A DNA stretch of 25,256 nt from contig JAQBAV010000002.1 of the NCBI GenBank assembly GCA_032126595.1, forward strand, positions 1 through 25,256. Reading direction: 5' to 3'. This document shows positions 23,214 through 25,256 of the stretch, in pieces. Origin of the DNA: Candidatus Omnitrophota bacterium (lineage in GTDB: Bacteria; Omnitrophota; Gorgyraeia; Tantalellales; Tantalellaceae). The position numbers and the translations under genes were made by a program. The notes below the pieces were generated by a model, which searched no databases, was not told the DNA's origin, and was given only the letters and a program-made list of their open reading frames with translations. The stretch's first letter is position 1, and each line of letters starts with the position of its first letter.

Positions 23214-23236
23214 ATAAATAAATGCTGGTGACTTGA

Positions 23237-23313
23237 TGACAGTAAGATGTATGACAGCTCATGTATTCGGCGCTCAAATAAAAACATGCGGGGATAACGA
23301 TTTTGATTTTTTC
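23237..23313 (+). repeat. Truncated element A left arm fused to module D
   Basis: 23237-23278 repeats 23007-23048 (TGACAGTA......ATGACAGCTCATGTATTCGGCGCTCAAA) and then continues as TAAAAACATGCG.GGAT.ACGATTTTGA, as at 20438. Confidence 0.75.
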
Positions 23314-23440
23314 TGGTGACCCGGTGACCTGGCAACCGGTGACAATTTTTGACATATGACTTGTGACTTGGTGACCCGGTGACCCGGCAGCCGGTGACAA
23401 CTTTTGACATATGACTTGTGACTTTTTAACATTGTGACTT
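23314..23440 (+). repeat. Two tandem ~55-bp TGAC-array units (C3)
   Basis: 23314-23367 and 23369-23422 both read TGGTGACCCGGTGACC.GGCA.CCGGTGACAA.TTTTGACATATGACTTGTGAC, followed by further degenerate heptamers. Confidence 0.88.
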
Positions 23441-23457
23441 TTTACAAGGAGGAGATT

Positions 23458-23913
23458 ATGAAGAAAATGATGGGTTTAGTGATGATTGTGTTAGTTTTAG
23501 GTTTTTCTTTAAGTGCAGAGGCTGTTACTGTCCGGACCGAAGCCGTCTCTAGCGGTGTTTATGAAGATGGCAAGTATACTTCTACTAACGAAACTTTTAC
23601 GGCAGAATATGATATAAATGAAAATGCGGGCATCGTAAAAAGGACAAAAGTTTTTGAGAGCACCCGCGAAGGCAGGGCGGATGCAAAAGCAGATTATGAT
23701 ATATCAAACATGATGGCATCGGAAGGCCTATCAGCATTTATGGTATCCAGGGAAAAAATGGGACAGAAAATAGTAACATCTGTTAGAGATATGGATCCTA
23801 ATTCTGTCGAGATACTCATGATCGGTAGAGACTTTTACCAGTATTGTAATTCATTAAACGGAAAGTTTTACCTTGAATATGGAAATGTTATAAGAGAAGA
23901 GGAAGGAAGGTAG
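23458..23913 (+). CDS. Exported hypothetical protein
   Basis: ATG 23458 after AAGGAGGAG, in frame with ORF 23434..23913. Signal peptide MKKMMGLVMIVLVLGFSLSAEA. Confidence 0.75.
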   Translation: MKKMMGLVMIVLVLGFSLSAEAVTVRTEAVSSGVYEDGKYTSTNETFTAEYDINENAGIVKRTKVFESTREGRADAKADYDISNMMASEGLSAFMVSREKMGQKIVTSVRDMDPNSVEILMIGRDFYQYCNSLNGKFYLEYGNVIREEEGR

Positions 23914-23917
23914 GAAA

Positions 23918-25256
23918 GTGTTTTTTAGACCCGGGAAAGAAAAATTTGAAGATATGACTAAGGACGAGCTCGTCAAGAAGATCGAAGAGCTTCATGATGA
24001 AATAGGATCCTCAAAGTTTGGAAAAACGGACCACAAATGGTTTTCTCTTATTGAGCATGCTCCCAATACGGTAGTGGTCATTGACCGCGACCATAAGATA
24101 CAGTTTATCAATCATACTATTCCAGGGTACGATAAAGAAGAAGTGATTGGAACCGAGGTCTATAGACATATAGCTCCTGCTTATCATGGTGTTGCAGAGT
24201 CGATCATTAATCATGTTTTTAAGACCGGCGAGGTAAGCTCGTATGAGAACGAAGGGGCAGGCCCTTACGATGAGCACGCCTGGTACGAAGCGCAGGTGGG
24301 CCCGGTAAAGTCTGGCGATGAGATCGTAGCTGTAACGCTATTTATTACCGATATCACTTTACGTAAGTCTGTTGAAGAAGCTCTTGTGAGGAGTGAGGAA
24401 CAGTATAGGATGCTTGTTGAAGGCGCTAATCAGCCCATTTTTAAGGTTAGGAAAGATGGAGAATTTTTATTCTTAAACACTAATGCTGCAAGTCAGTTGG
24501 GCGGGAAACCCGAGAACTATATCGGCAAAACTATGTGGAATGTGTTTCCTAAAGAGATTGCAGATTCACAGATGAATGACATTCGCAATGTAATCGACAG
24601 CGGGGAAAAGATGGTAATTAAGGAGGCCGAGTCGATACTTCAAGGAGAGAAAAGATGGTTTGAGGTATCCATACAGCCGTTAGAAAATAGCCATGGTGAA
24701 TTAGATTCAGCGCTTTTAATAGTTACAGATATAAGTGAACGAAGGAAGGCTGACGTAGAGATAAGAAGAGAGAAAGAGTTTACCTCGAAGGTTATTAATG
24801 CACTGGAGTATCCACTTTACGTTATTGATGTTGACTATAAGGTAGCCCTTTCTAACAAGGCCGCTAAAAATAAAGGCATTGCCGAAGGCGGGCTATGTTA
24901 TGAAATGACACATCACAAAAATGTCCCTTGCGAAGATTGCGAATGCCCATTGAAAAAAGTGATCGAAGAGAAAAAGTCAGTCCAGGTTGAACATGGACAT
25001 TATGGCCAAGATGGTAAGAATACCACCGTGGAAGTTCATGCCGATCCTGTTTTTGATGATAATGGTAATGTGGTTCAGATGATAGAATATGCTATAGACA
25101 TTACTGAACGCAAAAAGACTCAGGATGAACTAAGAAAACTGTCCTATACTGTAAAACAAAGTCCGAATATTGTAATGATGACCAACGATAAAGGCATTAT
25201 CGAATATGTAAACGAAAAATTTCATAAGATTACAGGTTTTTCTCTGGAAGAGACTA
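23918..25256 (+). CDS. Multi-PAS/PAC sensor protein (probably a histidine kinase or diguanylate cyclase), 3' end outside window
   Basis: Hand translation from GTG 23918 (or ATG 23954) is open to the window end. Repeated PAS-PAC ends 'ITDITLRKSVEEAL', 'VTDISERRKA', 'AIDITERKKTQDEL', then a fourth PAS 'QSPNIVMMTNDKGIIEYVNEKF..ITG'. It is absent from the supplied ORF track because it has no stop in the window. Confidence 0.88.
   Translation, partial: MFFRPGKEKFEDMTKDELVKKIEELHDEIGSSKFGKTDHKWFSLIEHAPNTVVVIDRDHKIQFINHTIPGYDKEEVIGTEVYRHIAPAYHGVAESIINHVFKTGEVSSYENEGAGPYDEHAWYEAQVGPVKSGDEIVAVTLFITDITLRKSVEEALVRSEEQYRMLVEGANQPIFKVRKDGEFLFLNTNAASQLGGKPENYIGKTMWNVFPKEIADSQMNDIRNVIDSGEKMVIKEAESILQGEKRWFEVSIQPLENSHGELDSALLIVTDISERRKADVEIRREKEFTSKVINALEYPLYVIDVDYKVALSNKAAKNKGIAEGGLCYEMTHHKNVPCEDCECPLKKVIEEKKSVQVEHGHYGQDGKNTTVEVHADPVFDDNGNVVQMIEYAIDITERKKTQDELRKLSYTVKQSPNIVMMTNDKGIIEYVNEKFHKITGFSLEET

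Noticed and set aside
19104-23410. ORFs over the repeat clusters (19104..19304, 22842..23168, 23031..23231, 23147..23410, 8373..8558)
   Set aside because: Their mutual similarity simply reflects translation of the A/B/C repeats. There is no evidence of coding.

Overview
AT-rich bacterial chromosomal window, almost all on the + strand, with no rRNA, tRNA, CRISPR array, transposase or integrase visible. Gene content in order: the end of a TolC/CusC-CusB-CusA heavy-metal RND efflux operon; a small orphan ORF and a helix-hairpin-helix protein; PpiC; an ABC-F ATPase; a SAM methyltransferase; a THUMP-domain rRNA methyltransferase (- strand); a MATE transporter; several small exported or membrane proteins; a two-gene RiPP module; an EF-G paralogue; the yebC-ruvC-ruvA-ruvB-DUF2905-spoIID-queA block; an exported hypothetical protein; and a multi-PAS sensor cut by the window end. 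The RiPP module pairs a signal-peptide precursor carrying five SCG motifs with a radical SAM/SPASM maturase of the SbtA/SbtM ('selenobiotic') type, here without selenocysteine. Two things stand out. The first is that RiPP module, which has three small membrane-protein genes upstream and lies about 8 kb from the metal pump. The second is a modular family of structured intergenic elements. Element A occurs six times, always on the + strand, with an invariant non-complementary core (CTCRRACAGTCCTC ... CTGCGGAA) between outer stems that differ in sequence yet still pair and an interchangeable inner hairpin. It is often followed by a second module B, and sometimes by TGAC 7/8-mer arrays. All calls come from reading the sequence; no searches were run.
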